Shown here in pieces: positions 8,325-19,834 of a stretch of DNA of 34,820 nucleotides (its first letter is position 1; every line of letters starts with the position of its first letter). The notes under the pieces were generated by a model, which had not been told where the DNA came from, did no database searches, and saw nothing but the letters and a program-made list of their open reading frames with translations. Both the position numbers and the translations under genes were made by a program. The stretch comes from Hyphomicrobium sp. (GTDB lineage Bacteria > Pseudomonadota > Alphaproteobacteria > Rhizobiales > Hyphomicrobiaceae): contig JAYUCQ010000131.1 in the NCBI GenBank assembly GCA_043740265.1, positions 1-34,820 on the forward strand, written 5' to 3'.

Positions 8325-8915
8325 TTACTGCGCAGCGGGCGGTGCCGGCGGCGCGACTGGCTTGACCACTGCTGCGGCTCCAGCGGTGGCCGTAGCGGCA
8401 GGTTTTGCCATCGGCTTCGCTGCGACCTTGGCTGCGCCGGCAGCTGGTGCGGTGGTTGTGGAGGCAGCGGCCTTAGCGGCGGTCGCTGCCGGTTTCGCCA
8501 TTGGCTTCTTCAGCGCTACGCCTGCAACTTTACGGCAGTAGGGCTCTTGAAGCTTGCCGGTTTTATCGTTGGCATCTTTCGGAACGATCCAGGCGCAAAC
8601 CTTATTGCCGCCGCAGGATTTCTCGTCGAGGCCCTTGCACGGCGACACGGTTGCAACTTTTTTCACGGCTGGCTTGGCAGCCGTTGCCGGTGCAGTCGTG
8701 GTTGTTGCGGCGGGTGCCACAGGAGCAGCTGGCTTTGCGACGGCCGCGGCAGCAGGTTTAGCGGGTGCTGTTACAGCGGGTGGCGCAGGTTTTACTGCCG
8801 TCGCTGCAGGCTTAACCGCTCCGCCTGCATCTTGAGCGAATGCCCCGGGCGTCAACACACCCGATACGAGAAGAAATGCGAGGGCGCTGACGCCCGTCGA
8901 GATTCTAGTTTTCAC
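8325..8915 (-). CDS. Secreted Ala/Pro/Lys-rich protein with a small four-cysteine domain
   Basis: GGGAG then GTG at 8915. Signal peptide ending AFA|QD. AKPAA repeats flank CKGLDEKSC...VCAWI...YCRK. Confidence 0.75.
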   Translation of the reverse strand: MKTRISTGVSALAFLLVSGVLTPGAFAQDAGGAVKPAATAVKPAPPAVTAPAKPAAAAVAKPAAPVAPAATTTTAPATAAKPAVKKVATVSPCKGLDEKSCGGNKVCAWIVPKDANDKTGKLQEPYCRKVAGVALKKPMAKPAATAAKAAASTTTAPAAGAAKVAAKPMAKPAATATAGAAAVVKPVAPPAPPAAQ

Positions 8916-9282
8916 GGCTGATCTCCCATCTGCCTGATTCGATGCGATTCTTATCATCACCGTTTCGGTCAAAAACGCGGCATTGTGATGAATTTCAACT
9001 CAGCTTTGGATAATTCCGAGCCTAAGCACTGTTCAGACTTCCGCAGCCAATCAAGTCACCCATTCCCCTGCTTTGCCCTCAGCGGCGGCTACGATGGCGG
9101 CTTCAGCGGCCTATATGGTCCTCCTGGAATAGATTGTAACCCGCTCAATCTGCATCTGAATTTACGGACTTGGACGGTGCTGCACCGGCACGCTGGCACT
9201 TGCCACTCGCCGCCGTCCTGGTAAGAGTGCCGCCCGCTCCCAGCTTCCTACCTCAGCCCACTCGTACTTCAGGACGTCCGCC

Positions 9283-10518
9283 ATGGCCCAGCAGGGCAAA
9301 ATCAAAAAGGTCGTGCTCGCCTATTCCGGCGGTCTCGACACCTCGATCATTCTCAAATGGCTGCAGGAAACCTACGGCTGCGAGGTTGTGACGTTTACCG
9401 CTGACCTCGGCCAGGGCGAGGAACTGGAACCGGCACGCAAGAAGGCGCTGCTGCTCGGCATCAAAGAACAGAACATTTTTATCGAAGATCTGCGCGAGGA
9501 ATTCGTTCGCGACTACGTGTTCCCGATGTTCCGCGCCAACGCCGTTTATGAGGGTGTCTATCTACTCGGCACATCGATCGCACGGCCGCTCATCGCCAAG
9601 AAACAGATCGAGATCGCGCGTCAGACGGGCGCGGATGCTGTCTGTCACGGTGCGACCGGAAAAGGCAACGATCAGGTCCGCTTTGAGCTCGGCTATTATG
9701 CACTCGAGCCGGGCATCAAGATCATAGCGCCGTGGCGTGAATGGGACTTCAAAGGCCGCGAAGACCTGATCAAGTTTGCTCGCGAACATCAAATTCCGGT
9801 TGCCAAGGATAAGGAAGGCGATAGCCCTTTCTCGGTGGACGCCAACCTGCTGCACTCATCGTCGGAAGGCAAAGTGCTGGAAGATCCGGCCAAAAAAGCG
9901 CCGGAGCTTGTCTATCAACGCACCATTTCGCCGATGAGCGCGCCGGACAAAGTGACGACGATCAAAATCGGATTTGAGAAGGGCGATGCGGTTTCGCTCG
10001 ACGGCCAGAAATTATCGCCGGCGACTTTGCTCAAAGCCCTGAACGACCTCGGCCGCGACAATGGCATCGGCCGGCTTGATCTGGTTGAAAACCGTTTTGT
10101 CGGCATGAAATCGCGCGGTGTCTATGAAACGCCGGGTGGTACAATTCTGCTCGCCGCCCACCGCGCGATCGAAAGCATCACACTGGACCGCGGTGCGGCG
10201 CATCTCAAAGACGAAATCATGCCGCGGTATGCCGAGCTGATCTACAACGGCTTCTGGTTCTCACCTGAGCGCGAAATGCTGCAGGCCTTGATCGACAAAT
10301 CGCAGGAACATGTCGAAGGCGAGGTGACGTTGGAGCTGTACAAGGGCAACACGATTGTCATCGGCCGCGAAAGCAGCAAGTCGCTCTATTCGCCCACGCT
10401 CGTGACCTTCGAAGACGACAAAGGCGCCTACGACCAAAAAGACGCGCAGGGGTTCATCAAGCTCAACGCGTTGCGGCTGCGGACACTCGGCGCGCGGGGC
10501 AAGGCGAAGAAGGGTTAG
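9283..10518 (+). CDS. argG: Argininosuccinate synthase
   Basis: Motifs [37 protein letters not shown]. Confidence 0.98.
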   Translation: MAQQGKIKKVVLAYSGGLDTSIILKWLQETYGCEVVTFTADLGQGEELEPARKKALLLGIKEQNIFIEDLREEFVRDYVFPMFRANAVYEGVYLLGTSIARPLIAKKQIEIARQTGADAVCHGATGKGNDQVRFELGYYALEPGIKIIAPWREWDFKGREDLIKFAREHQIPVAKDKEGDSPFSVDANLLHSSSEGKVLEDPAKKAPELVYQRTISPMSAPDKVTTIKIGFEKGDAVSLDGQKLSPATLLKALNDLGRDNGIGRLDLVENRFVGMKSRGVYETPGGTILLAAHRAIESITLDRGAAHLKDEIMPRYAELIYNGFWFSPEREMLQALIDKSQEHVEGEVTLELYKGNTIVIGRESSKSLYSPTLVTFEDDKGAYDQKDAQGFIKLNALRLRTLGARGKAKKG

Positions 10519-10615
10519 GGCGTCAGGATCGCCGATCTTGACCTCAACGCCGCAGTAGCGTCACGAAGTGCCACTAGGCGATGCTATAAGGCGGCTCCGT
10601 CTCTAACCCCGAAGT

Positions 10616-11419
10616 ATGCGTCCAGGCCATATGACCCGCAATTCCGTCAATCGTACGCTGTCGCGCCTGTACTGGCTGCTGTTCGTGATTCTGGCGCTGC
10701 TGCTGGTGGCGAAGTTTGCCGATGATGTTCCGGGTGTTCCCCCTCTCGTCGTCAGCATCGCCGGTCAGCTCTACGAATTCATGCGCGATATGTCGTTGCT
10801 GATCGCTACCGGCGGCGTCGCGTACCTGTCGAACATTTTTCAGAAACGCTCCAAGTTCGTCGAGAGCCTGGAAGAAGAATGGCGCAACATCGTGCGCACC
10901 AAGTCAGCATTGCTGACCTATTGCGAAAAACCGTATCTCGGCACCGATGATTATCTCGCAGCCTTCAGCCGTATCAGCGAGACGATTGACACGATGCGTA
11001 TCGTCTACCGCAATGCTGGCGAGACCGAGGGACTGATCGGGTTATACCCCTATGCGCCGCTGCACGATATGCGCCGCGCCTTGCAGACGTTGGACCCGCG
11101 GGTCACGCCGGAACTTTCGCAAGATCAAAAGAAGCTTGTGAAGGACGCGATTTTGCAGGCTTTCTACGGCTTGCGTGAAGTGTTCCTCGAAGAACTCGAT
11201 CTCGAAGAGCCGCAACATACGCTGCTCATTTCCGGAGCGCGGCGCTTGAAAGTGCCGGGCGCCGCGGTTTCAGCCTTGGTGCAGCAAGATTTGCAGCGCC
11301 GCCGGCTTGAGCGTGATCCCGTATCGCGGCCAGATATTGATGCGATGCTGGCGGAGTTGCGCTCACGAGAAAAAGACAACGGCGGCGAAGTTCGGGGCGG
11401 CGAACCGCCAAAGCGCTGA
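10616..11419 (+). CDS. Hypothetical protein, two N-terminal hydrophobic segments plus helical soluble domain
   Basis: 267-aa ORF with typical codon usage. Start could be ATG 10631. Confidence 0.75.
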   Translation: MRPGHMTRNSVNRTLSRLYWLLFVILALLLVAKFADDVPGVPPLVVSIAGQLYEFMRDMSLLIATGGVAYLSNIFQKRSKFVESLEEEWRNIVRTKSALLTYCEKPYLGTDDYLAAFSRISETIDTMRIVYRNAGETEGLIGLYPYAPLHDMRRALQTLDPRVTPELSQDQKKLVKDAILQAFYGLREVFLEELDLEEPQHTLLISGARRLKVPGAAVSALVQQDLQRRRLERDPVSRPDIDAMLAELRSREKDNGGEVRGGEPPKR

Positions 11420-11431
11420 TTTGCGCCGTGA

Positions 11432-11965
11432 TTAAAACCGCTGTTGCGAGGTGAAAACCGGCTTTGCTTTTTCGATCACCGCCCGTTTGGCGGCCTGCTG
11501 CGGTTCTTCCAGAGCCTTGTAGGCGGCGTTGATACGGCGTGCCATAGCGGCGAGGTAGTCCTTGACCTCAAGCGGCAGAGCGACGTTGGCGTAGAGATCC
11601 GGGTGATAAACCTTCGACAACTTCAAGTAAGCCTGGCGCACGTCGTCCCAAGCCGCATCGCGCGTGACGCCGAGATCGGCGTAGGGATCAAAAGTATCGC
11701 CGTCGGCTAACTTGGCTTTGAGACCACACGCCGCCGGAACGCTGACAATGTTGATAGACGCCAGCGTCGCCTTGGCAATCAGGCTGCGTTCGCCGGAAAA
11801 CGTTTCGAACTCCAGGAACTTGGTTTCGCCGTTGAGTACGTCGTAAATCGACCGTGCCGCCGAGACGATGAATTTACCTTTGTGAACACTGCCGTCGTTG
11901 AGCGTGATGTGGGCCGGCACCGTCATGTGTTGCAGGGTGTTATCAACGCGGTTGCGCTCGAACAT
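11432..11965 (-). CDS. J-domain protein (C-terminal DnaJ domain)
   Basis: DPYADLGV...AYLKLSKVYHPD...INAAY with HPD motif. Unknown beta-rich N-terminal domain. Confidence 0.88.
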   Translation of the reverse strand: MFERNRVDNTLQHMTVPAHITLNDGSVHKGKFIVSAARSIYDVLNGETKFLEFETFSGERSLIAKATLASINIVSVPAACGLKAKLADGDTFDPYADLGVTRDAAWDDVRQAYLKLSKVYHPDLYANVALPLEVKDYLAAMARRINAAYKALEEPQQAAKRAVIEKAKPVFTSQQRF

Positions 11966-12157
11966 GTGGGGCAGGACCTTGTGCTAGGCTGAAACGGTTT
12001 TTCGCTATTGCAAGCTCTAAGGTGGCTTCAGAGCAATTTCCGTGCAACAGCGCGCGCAACCCTTAAGCAAGGTCGTGTGGCCCCTATACGCCGCACCGGC
12101 CCAATGGGCTGACGCCTAGCCGGATCGCCGGGGGTATGCTACGTCGCGGGCTGATTT

Positions 12158-12169
12158 TGCGCTGCAGCA
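12158..12169 (+). promoter_or_regulatory. Putative PhaR-type box upstream of typA
   Basis: TGCGCTGCAGCA fits TGCRNYGCASMA. Confidence 0.35.
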
Positions 12170-12233
12170 CGCTCATGCCTCTCTAGGCGCTGGGCTGGCG
12201 CTCGAACCCTATACCCAATGTCAGGCCAGACAC

Positions 12234-14072
<1,839 letters not shown>

Positions 14073-14193
14073 TGCGCTCGATTTAACGGCACTGCGACAC
14101 CTTTGTTTCGGGAAAATATCCCGGGTTGACCCTGCCACGTCTGCCGCTCAAAATTCTCGTTCCGGAGTCCTTCCAAAACGAGGAGTTTTATCA

Positions 14194-14451
14194 ATGAAGC
14201 GCATTCAGTTTGCCATACTAACGCTGGCTTTCGCATTTTCTTCCTCCGCTTTCGCTGACGAAAAGCTCACTGAAGACGAAAGCAAAAAGGGTGTTGCGGC
14301 CGCTGCTGCAATGGGCTGCGAAGGTGGCAAGTGGGAAAAAGAGTCGGAGGCGAGCGGCATCTATGAGCTCGACGATGCCAAGTGCAAAAGCGGATCTTTT
14401 GATTTGAAATTCGATAAGGAATTCAAATTAATCGTCATGACGCGCGACTAG
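14194..14451 (+). CDS. Small secreted PepSY-like protein
   Basis: GAGGAG RBS, ATG 14194, signal peptide ending AFA|D, GCEGG...YELDDAKC...FDLKFDKEF. Confidence 0.8.
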   Translation: MKRIQFAILTLAFAFSSSAFADEKLTEDESKKGVAAAAAMGCEGGKWEKESEASGIYELDDAKCKSGSFDLKFDKEFKLIVMTRD

Positions 14452-14467
14452 CGGCGAAACATAAGTG

Positions 14468-14501
14468 CCTCACAGCCGGGATGTTTTGCCGGGCTGTGAG
14501 G
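14468..14501. terminator. Hairpin / possible terminator
   Basis: CCTCACAGCC...GGCTGTGAGG 10-bp stem just after the PepSY-like gene. No U tract. Confidence 0.45.
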
Positions 14502-14674
14502 GCTACAAATCAGGGCTGCGTGTTTCAAGGCCGCTTTGCCGTCTTGCGGCGCTTTGCTTGAACGGCAATCAGGCTAACACAGAGAGTGTTAATCGGTTTT
14601 TATCCGATACGCGGTAGACTCCACGCCCGGCGCAACTTTTTTTAGCGCGCCCGGACGATTTTGGAGCACGCGTT

Positions 14675-15154
14675 ATGGACGCCACAACCACCAGCGGTCA
14701 TTTTTCAGTGCAATCGGAACGCGCAGCCCACCGGCATGCGTTGCCGCCAATTTTGCTCGGCCTCCTCGCGCCCCTGCTTGTGTTTATGGTGATCGATCCC
14801 CGCGCGCTCAGCAGCGCCAGCCTGATCGCTCACGTCTACATGGTCGTCATCTTTTTGTTATCGGGCATCGCCTTCTTGATCAGCGTCTTCGAAACCGGCG
14901 AAGTGACAAGCGTTACAATCGACCGGCCAACCCGGACAATTCACGTTGAGCGCATCGGGATGGTTGCTAAATCGTTTATGGATTTCGACTTCGCCGACGT
15001 GGCGACGGTCAGAATTGAAACCCGTTATGACGAAGACGGCTATCAAACGGCACTGCCTTTTATCGTGCTGACGACGCGTGAAGTCGTGCCGATGCCGGCC
15101 GGCACAACGGAAGCCGACGTTGCCCAAATGCGCGCGGTCCTGAAGGGCGCATAA
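14675..15154 (+). CDS. Hypothetical membrane protein (two TM segments plus small soluble domain)
   Basis: GGAG RBS, two hydrophobic stretches, beta-rich C-terminal part. Confidence 0.75.
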   Translation: MDATTTSGHFSVQSERAAHRHALPPILLGLLAPLLVFMVIDPRALSSASLIAHVYMVVIFLLSGIAFLISVFETGEVTSVTIDRPTRTIHVERIGMVAKSFMDFDFADVATVRIETRYDEDGYQTALPFIVLTTREVVPMPAGTTEADVAQMRAVLKGA

Positions 15155-15206
15155 GTCCCGCGGCCGGGACCACCGCTGGTCTCAGGACTATTCGTTTCGA
15201 AATTGG

Positions 15207-15285
15207 AAAAGCAGTGGCGTGGCCACCCTGGGAGGGGCCACGCCATGTGACAATTGTTTGTGCAGGAGGCACTAACTTTCGTCGC
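15207..15285 (-). ncRNA. Candidate small regulatory RNA with two anti-SD loops
   Basis: Minus strand: hairpin GTT(a)GTGC-CTCCT-GCAC(a)AAC, an A/T-rich linker, then TGGCGTGGCC-CCTCCCAGGGT-GGCCACGCCA followed by CTGCTTTT. CTAGATAT upstream is a possible -10. Ends approximate. Confidence 0.5.
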
Positions 15286-15471
15286 CGCTATATCTAGGCC
15301 CTGATCATTAAGAGAGCATGGGTGAAGTGGCGATTACCCACATTGTTTCCACGCATTGTTTCTTGTGCAGATGCAATCGCCCAGCAACGGCAGGCTCATG
15401 CCAGGCTTGCGCTAGCAGTGTGCAACCGCGTAGGCCTGCATCACGTGAGCGCGAAGCAGGAGGATAGGGCA

Positions 15472-16839
15472 GTGACGGGCGGCGAAAGACCAAAGCACGT
15501 GCCCGGTCTCTCTGTGACATCAACTGAGATTTTACCGGCGTCGTCGCTTTGGCCAGACGGCATCACGCCGACCGCTGAATTTGAGGCCGCAGCTGAGTTC
15601 ATCGCCGCCGACAGCGGCAACCTTTTTGTAACCGGACGGGCTGGAACAGGTAAATCCACGCTTTTGCGGGCATTGCGAGACCGCGCTGGCGATCAGATGG
15701 TGGTGCTGGCGCCGACCGGGTTGGCAGCGATCAACGTCGGCGGACAGACCATTCACTCGTTTTTCGGCTTCCCGCCACGGCTCATTCAAAGCGACGACAT
15801 CCGGCGCAGCCGCAATGGCCGTTTGATGCGCAAACTCGAGTTTCTGGTGATCGACGAAGTCTCAATGGTCCGCTCCGATCTGATGTGGGCCATCGACCAG
15901 TCCTTGCGGATCAACCGCGGGCGGCCTCGGGAGCCTTTCGGCGGCGTCCGCATTCTGATGTTCGGTGATTTGCATCAGCTACCGCCCGTGGTGCAGGAAG
16001 GCGAGGTCGCAGCCCACCTCGAAGATGCCCACGGTGGACCGTTTTTCTTCTCTGTTCCGGCGTTGCGCGAGGGGGCTGGAACCTATCGTCTCGAATTGCA
16101 GCAGGTCTTTCGCCAGTCCGACAATGATCTGATCAACGTGCTCAACGCCATCCGCGAGGGAGACGTGACGCTTGATGATCTGACCTTGCTGAACACCCGC
16201 GTGCACCCGATCCGGACGCTAAGTGAGGGCGAGCCGTACGTGATTTTGACGCCCACCAACGCGGCGGCCAAGCGCATCAACACGGCCTATCTTCAAGCGC
16301 TCGCCGGCGAGGCCGTGCGCTTTGACGCCGGCATCACCGGCGATTTCAATGAAAACGTCCAACCTGCCGACCAAGCGCTCGATCTAAAACTCGGCGCCAA
16401 AGTCATGCTGATCCGGAACGACCCGGACAGGCGCTGGGTCAACGGCTCCGTTGCGCGCATCTCAAGGCTCAAGCCCAAACAGGTCTGGATTGAGATTGCG
16501 GGGCGCGAATACGAGGTCGAGCCGGTGTCGTGGGAGCACCGCCGCTACGCCTATGACCAGGCGGCCGAAAAGATCGTTGAGACGGTGGCGGGCACCTTTA
16601 AGCAATTCCCGCTGCGGTTGGCCTGGGCGCTGACTATCCACAAGGCCCAGGGTCTTACGCTCGACCAAGTCTATGTTGACCTTGGCCGCGGCACGTTTGC
16701 GCACGGCCAGACCTATGTGGCGCTGTCGCGCTGCCGGACCCTGCAAGGATTGGCGCTTGCCCGGCCATTGACGCCCTCTGATATCCGCTTTGACCCTCTG
16801 GCGATGGGGTATCGCGAGGCCTTTCCGGCTCTCAACTGA
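15472..16839 (+). CDS. Pif1-like SF1B 5'-3' DNA helicase
   Basis: Motifs TGRAGTGKS, APTGLAA, GQTIHSFF, IDEVSM, FGG...GDLHQLPPV, QFPLRLAWALTIHKAQG, GQTYVALSR. Start moved to GTG 15472 behind AGGAGG. Confidence 0.9.
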   Translation: MTGGERPKHVPGLSVTSTEILPASSLWPDGITPTAEFEAAAEFIAADSGNLFVTGRAGTGKSTLLRALRDRAGDQMVVLAPTGLAAINVGGQTIHSFFGFPPRLIQSDDIRRSRNGRLMRKLEFLVIDEVSMVRSDLMWAIDQSLRINRGRPREPFGGVRILMFGDLHQLPPVVQEGEVAAHLEDAHGGPFFFSVPALREGAGTYRLELQQVFRQSDNDLINVLNAIREGDVTLDDLTLLNTRVHPIRTLSEGEPYVILTPTNAAAKRINTAYLQALAGEAVRFDAGITGDFNENVQPADQALDLKLGAKVMLIRNDPDRRWVNGSVARISRLKPKQVWIEIAGREYEVEPVSWEHRRYAYDQAAEKIVETVAGTFKQFPLRLAWALTIHKAQGLTLDQVYVDLGRGTFAHGQTYVALSRCRTLQGLALARPLTPSDIRFDPLAMGYREAFPALN

Positions 16840-17002
16840 CCGCCGTTAAGGTAGCGATATACAACACAAATCGTTCGCAGTTGCGAGCTGAGGGTCATAT
16901 TTTTGCGTCAAGACGCACATGCAACTTGTTGAAAAGTCTCGTCAATGCTGGCCATGCGAAGGTGCCGCAGGCAATTTTTTCGGGTGCGAAGCAAGAACAT
17001 GT

Positions 17003-17014
17003 TGCACTGCACCA
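17003..17014 (+). promoter_or_regulatory. Putative PhaR operator upstream of phasin
   Basis: TGCACTGCACCA fits TGCRNYGCASMA. Phasin genes are canonical PhaR targets. Confidence 0.65.
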
Positions 17015-17129
17015 TCGCCTCTGCTACATAGACTGCAAGTTAACGCGGCGGAGGTCGTCGTCGCAGCCGGCAGTACGTAGACCAGAACGCCCCCCGAACT
17101 GTAACCATAACAAAATATAGGAGCCCGCC

Positions 17130-17606
17130 ATGAGCGACGCATTCACCAAGCAAGTCCAGGATTTCACCAAGCAAGCCCAAGACATGTTCACCGCTGGCAA
17201 AGATGCCAAGGTGCCTGAAAATATGTCGGCCTTCGCTGAGGACGCCGTCGCCAAGTCGCGCGACGCCTTCCACAAGGTAACGTCGGCTGCCAAGGACAAC
17301 GCCAAGGTTGTTGAAGACGTGATGCTGACCACACAGGCCGGCGCCAAGTCGATCGGCGAAAAGATGATGGCCAACACGCTTGCCAACACCGAAGCTGCTT
17401 TCGAAGCTGCCCAGGCGATGGCGCGCGCTCGCACGTTTCCGGAAATTGCTCGCCTGCAGGCGAACTACTTCCAGCAGCAGTTCGCTGTTGCGGGTGCTCA
17501 GTCGAAGGAACTCTTCGAACTTTCGAGCAAGGTTGCCAAGCAGACGTTCGACACAGTCGGTCAGGCAACTGCCAAGTCGTTCGAGCAGATCAAGACCGCT
17601 GGCTAA
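17130..17606 (+). CDS. phaP: Phasin (PHA granule-associated protein)
   Basis: AGGAG RBS. Ala-rich amphipathic helical protein with NTEAAFEAAQAMARA...EIARLQANY..QQF....QSKELFELS. Confidence 0.85.
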   Translation: MSDAFTKQVQDFTKQAQDMFTAGKDAKVPENMSAFAEDAVAKSRDAFHKVTSAAKDNAKVVEDVMLTTQAGAKSIGEKMMANTLANTEAAFEAAQAMARARTFPEIARLQANYFQQQFAVAGAQSKELFELSSKVAKQTFDTVGQATAKSFEQIKTAG

Positions 17607-17630
17607 GTTAGCCACTGGCTGAAAACATTT

Positions 17631-17668
17631 AAGGGCACCCTGGTAACACAGCGGTGCCCTTTCTATTT
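17631..17668 (+). terminator. Intrinsic terminator after phasin
   Basis: AAGGGCACC...GGTGCCCTT followed by TCTATTT. Confidence 0.7.
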
Positions 17669-17722
17669 GCCAAAACATCATCAGGGGCTTTTCCCCGGCC
17701 TCAGACGGGGTATGGTGGTGCA

Positions 17723-18238
17723 ATGATTACCGATCGCCCGTTGATCAACGTGCGCCGGGCAAAACCCGGTGACGCGAAAGCCCTCGCAAACGTTTTTTGC
17801 GAAAGCTGGCGCAGTGCCTACACCGGCATCATCCCGTTCATGCATTTGCAGCAAATGGTCCGGGCACGCGACGCCACGTGGTGGCAAAATGCCATCCGCC
17901 GCGAGGGCGACATTCTGGTCCTCGAGGTCGAGTCCGTCGTGGCGGGCTACGCCACATTCGGACCGGCGCGGAACCAGACCGGTACAAAGCCGATCGGCGA
18001 AATCTATGAGCTTTATTTCTTACCGGTTTATCAGGGTATCGGCCTCGGCGAGCATCTGTTTGAAGCCTGCCGTCAAAGCCTTGACGTCCGCAAAATGAAC
18101 GGCCTTGTTGTTTGGGCCTTGGCCGACAATGACATGGCGACCGAATTCTACCGGCACCGTGGCGGCAAACCTGCCGGCGAGGTCGTTGAAGCTTTCGGCC
18201 CTATCCGGCTCGCCAAAATAGGATTTCGCTGGACCTGA
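17723..18238 (+). CDS. GNAT family N-acetyltransferase
   Basis: [27 protein letters not shown] (acetyl-CoA motif), VWALADN..A..FY...GG. ATG 17723. Confidence 0.9.
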   Translation: MITDRPLINVRRAKPGDAKALANVFCESWRSAYTGIIPFMHLQQMVRARDATWWQNAIRREGDILVLEVESVVAGYATFGPARNQTGTKPIGEIYELYFLPVYQGIGLGEHLFEACRQSLDVRKMNGLVVWALADNDMATEFYRHRGGKPAGEVVEAFGPIRLAKIGFRWT

Positions 18239-18336
18239 ATACACTGGGCACAAGCCCGCAGGCGCGGTTCGCCGCCTTGTGCCCAAACTCTTTTAACGTC
18301 ATTGATCGGCGGCAGTTAAAAAGTGAGGCAATCGCA

Positions 18337-18870
18337 ATGCGTCTCGACGCTTTGAAGACCGGTAACTACCCGCCCGACGACATTAACGTCATCATCGAAG
18401 TTCCCGTCGGTGGCGAGCCGATCAAATACGAAATGGACAAGGCATCGGGTGCGCTGTTCGTCGATCGCTTCCTTTACACGCCGATGCGCTACCCCGGGAA
18501 CTACGGCTTCGTTCCGCACACGTTATCAGCTGACGGCGACCCAATCGATGTGCTGGTCTGCAATACGCGCGCGATCATTCCGGGCGGGGTCATCAATTGC
18601 CGGCCCGTCGGCGTCCTGGTCATGGAAGACGACGGCGGGGGGGACGAGAAAATCATCGCCGTGCCATCGAGCAAGCTGACCAAGCGCTACGACAACGTCA
18701 AAACCTACACCGACCTGCCGCAAATCTCGATTGAGCAGATCGAGCACTTTTTTGCCCACTACAAGGATCTTGAACCCGGTAAATGGGTGAAGATCGATCA
18801 CTGGGGCCACGTTGATGAAGCCAAGTCGCTGATCGCGGCGGCCATCAAGCGGGCGTCGGCGAAGGGCTGA
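18337..18870 (+). CDS. ppa: Inorganic pyrophosphatase
   Basis: Motifs [34 protein letters not shown] 18337. Confidence 0.97.
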   Translation: MRLDALKTGNYPPDDINVIIEVPVGGEPIKYEMDKASGALFVDRFLYTPMRYPGNYGFVPHTLSADGDPIDVLVCNTRAIIPGGVINCRPVGVLVMEDDGGGDEKIIAVPSSKLTKRYDNVKTYTDLPQISIEQIEHFFAHYKDLEPGKWVKIDHWGHVDEAKSLIAAAIKRASAKG

Positions 18871-19001
18871 GGTCACGCGTTTCCGGCCGGTCGCGGTTTC
18901 CCCTGTTCACCAAAGCCTGAATCCGGCCGCGGTGGCCTTTCGCACGCGGACCGCGGTTGCTATACCCCCGGCACGAATTCAGTCGCGGGACCGGAGCGAA
19001 C

Positions 19002-19799
19002 ATGAAGATTGCTGTGATGGGCGCCGCCGGACGCATGGGCCGCGAGTTATTGCGCGCCATTGCGGCGTCGCCGGGGTGCACGATATCGGGCGGCACCGAG
19101 CCGCGTGGCAATCCCGCGGTCGGCCAAGACCTCGGCGAGTTGGCCGGCATTGGAAAGCTAGGCGTCGCCGTCTCCGATGACGCCGCAGTTGTGATCGCCG
19201 CGTCGGACGCGATTCTCGATTTCACCACCCCGGCCGCGACAGTTGCTTTTGCCAAACTGGCGGCGCAGTCCGGCAAGATCCACGTCATCGGCACAACCGG
19301 TATCGACGCCGCAGCCGAAGCCGCTATCAAGGACGCAGCCCGCGGCGCGACAATCATCAAAGCAGGCAACATGAGCCTCGGGGTAAACCTGCTGGCGGCA
19401 CTGACGAAGCGTGTCGCGGCAGCGTTGGGTGAAGATTTCGATATTGAGATCGTTGAAATGCACCACCGCTTGAAAGTCGATGCTCCGTCCGGCACTGCGT
19501 TGATGCTCGGCCAAGCTGCCGCTGAAGGCCGCGGCGTAGCGCTCAATGAAAAATCTGTTCGCAGCCGCGACGGTCACACCGGTGCCCGCAAGTCTGGCGA
19601 TATTGGTTTTGCAACTTTGCGCGGCGGCAGCGTCGTTGGCGATCATACCGTTATTTTCGCAGGCGATGGCGAGAGGATCGAGTTGACGCACCTCGCGGCC
19701 GATCGCGAGATTTTTGCGCGCGGGGCCGTCAAGGCAGCGCTCTGGGGAAAAAGCCGCGCGCCTGGCCTCTATGCGATGACCGACGTGTTGGGTATCTGA
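19002..19799 (+). CDS. dapB: 4-hydroxy-tetrahydrodipicolinate reductase
   Basis: Motifs [37 protein letters not shown] 19002 after GGAG. Confidence 0.97.
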   Translation: MKIAVMGAAGRMGRELLRAIAASPGCTISGGTEPRGNPAVGQDLGELAGIGKLGVAVSDDAAVVIAASDAILDFTTPAATVAFAKLAAQSGKIHVIGTTGIDAAAEAAIKDAARGATIIKAGNMSLGVNLLAALTKRVAAALGEDFDIEIVEMHHRLKVDAPSGTALMLGQAAAEGRGVALNEKSVRSRDGHTGARKSGDIGFATLRGGSVVGDHTVIFAGDGERIELTHLAADREIFARGAVKAALWGKSRAPGLYAMTDVLGI

Positions 19800-19834
19800 C
19801 ACGTGATGCGGCCTCAGGATATGCTTCGACCATC

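Noticed and set aside
8985-9282. Short ORFs and a TCAGCGGC repeat in the divergent promoter region before argG
   Set aside because: No RBS or protein-like features. Most likely promoter DNA.
15322-15471. N-terminal extension of the helicase ORF
   Set aside because: No RBS at 15322. A strong AGGAGG precedes GTG 15472 and the extension looks non-coding.
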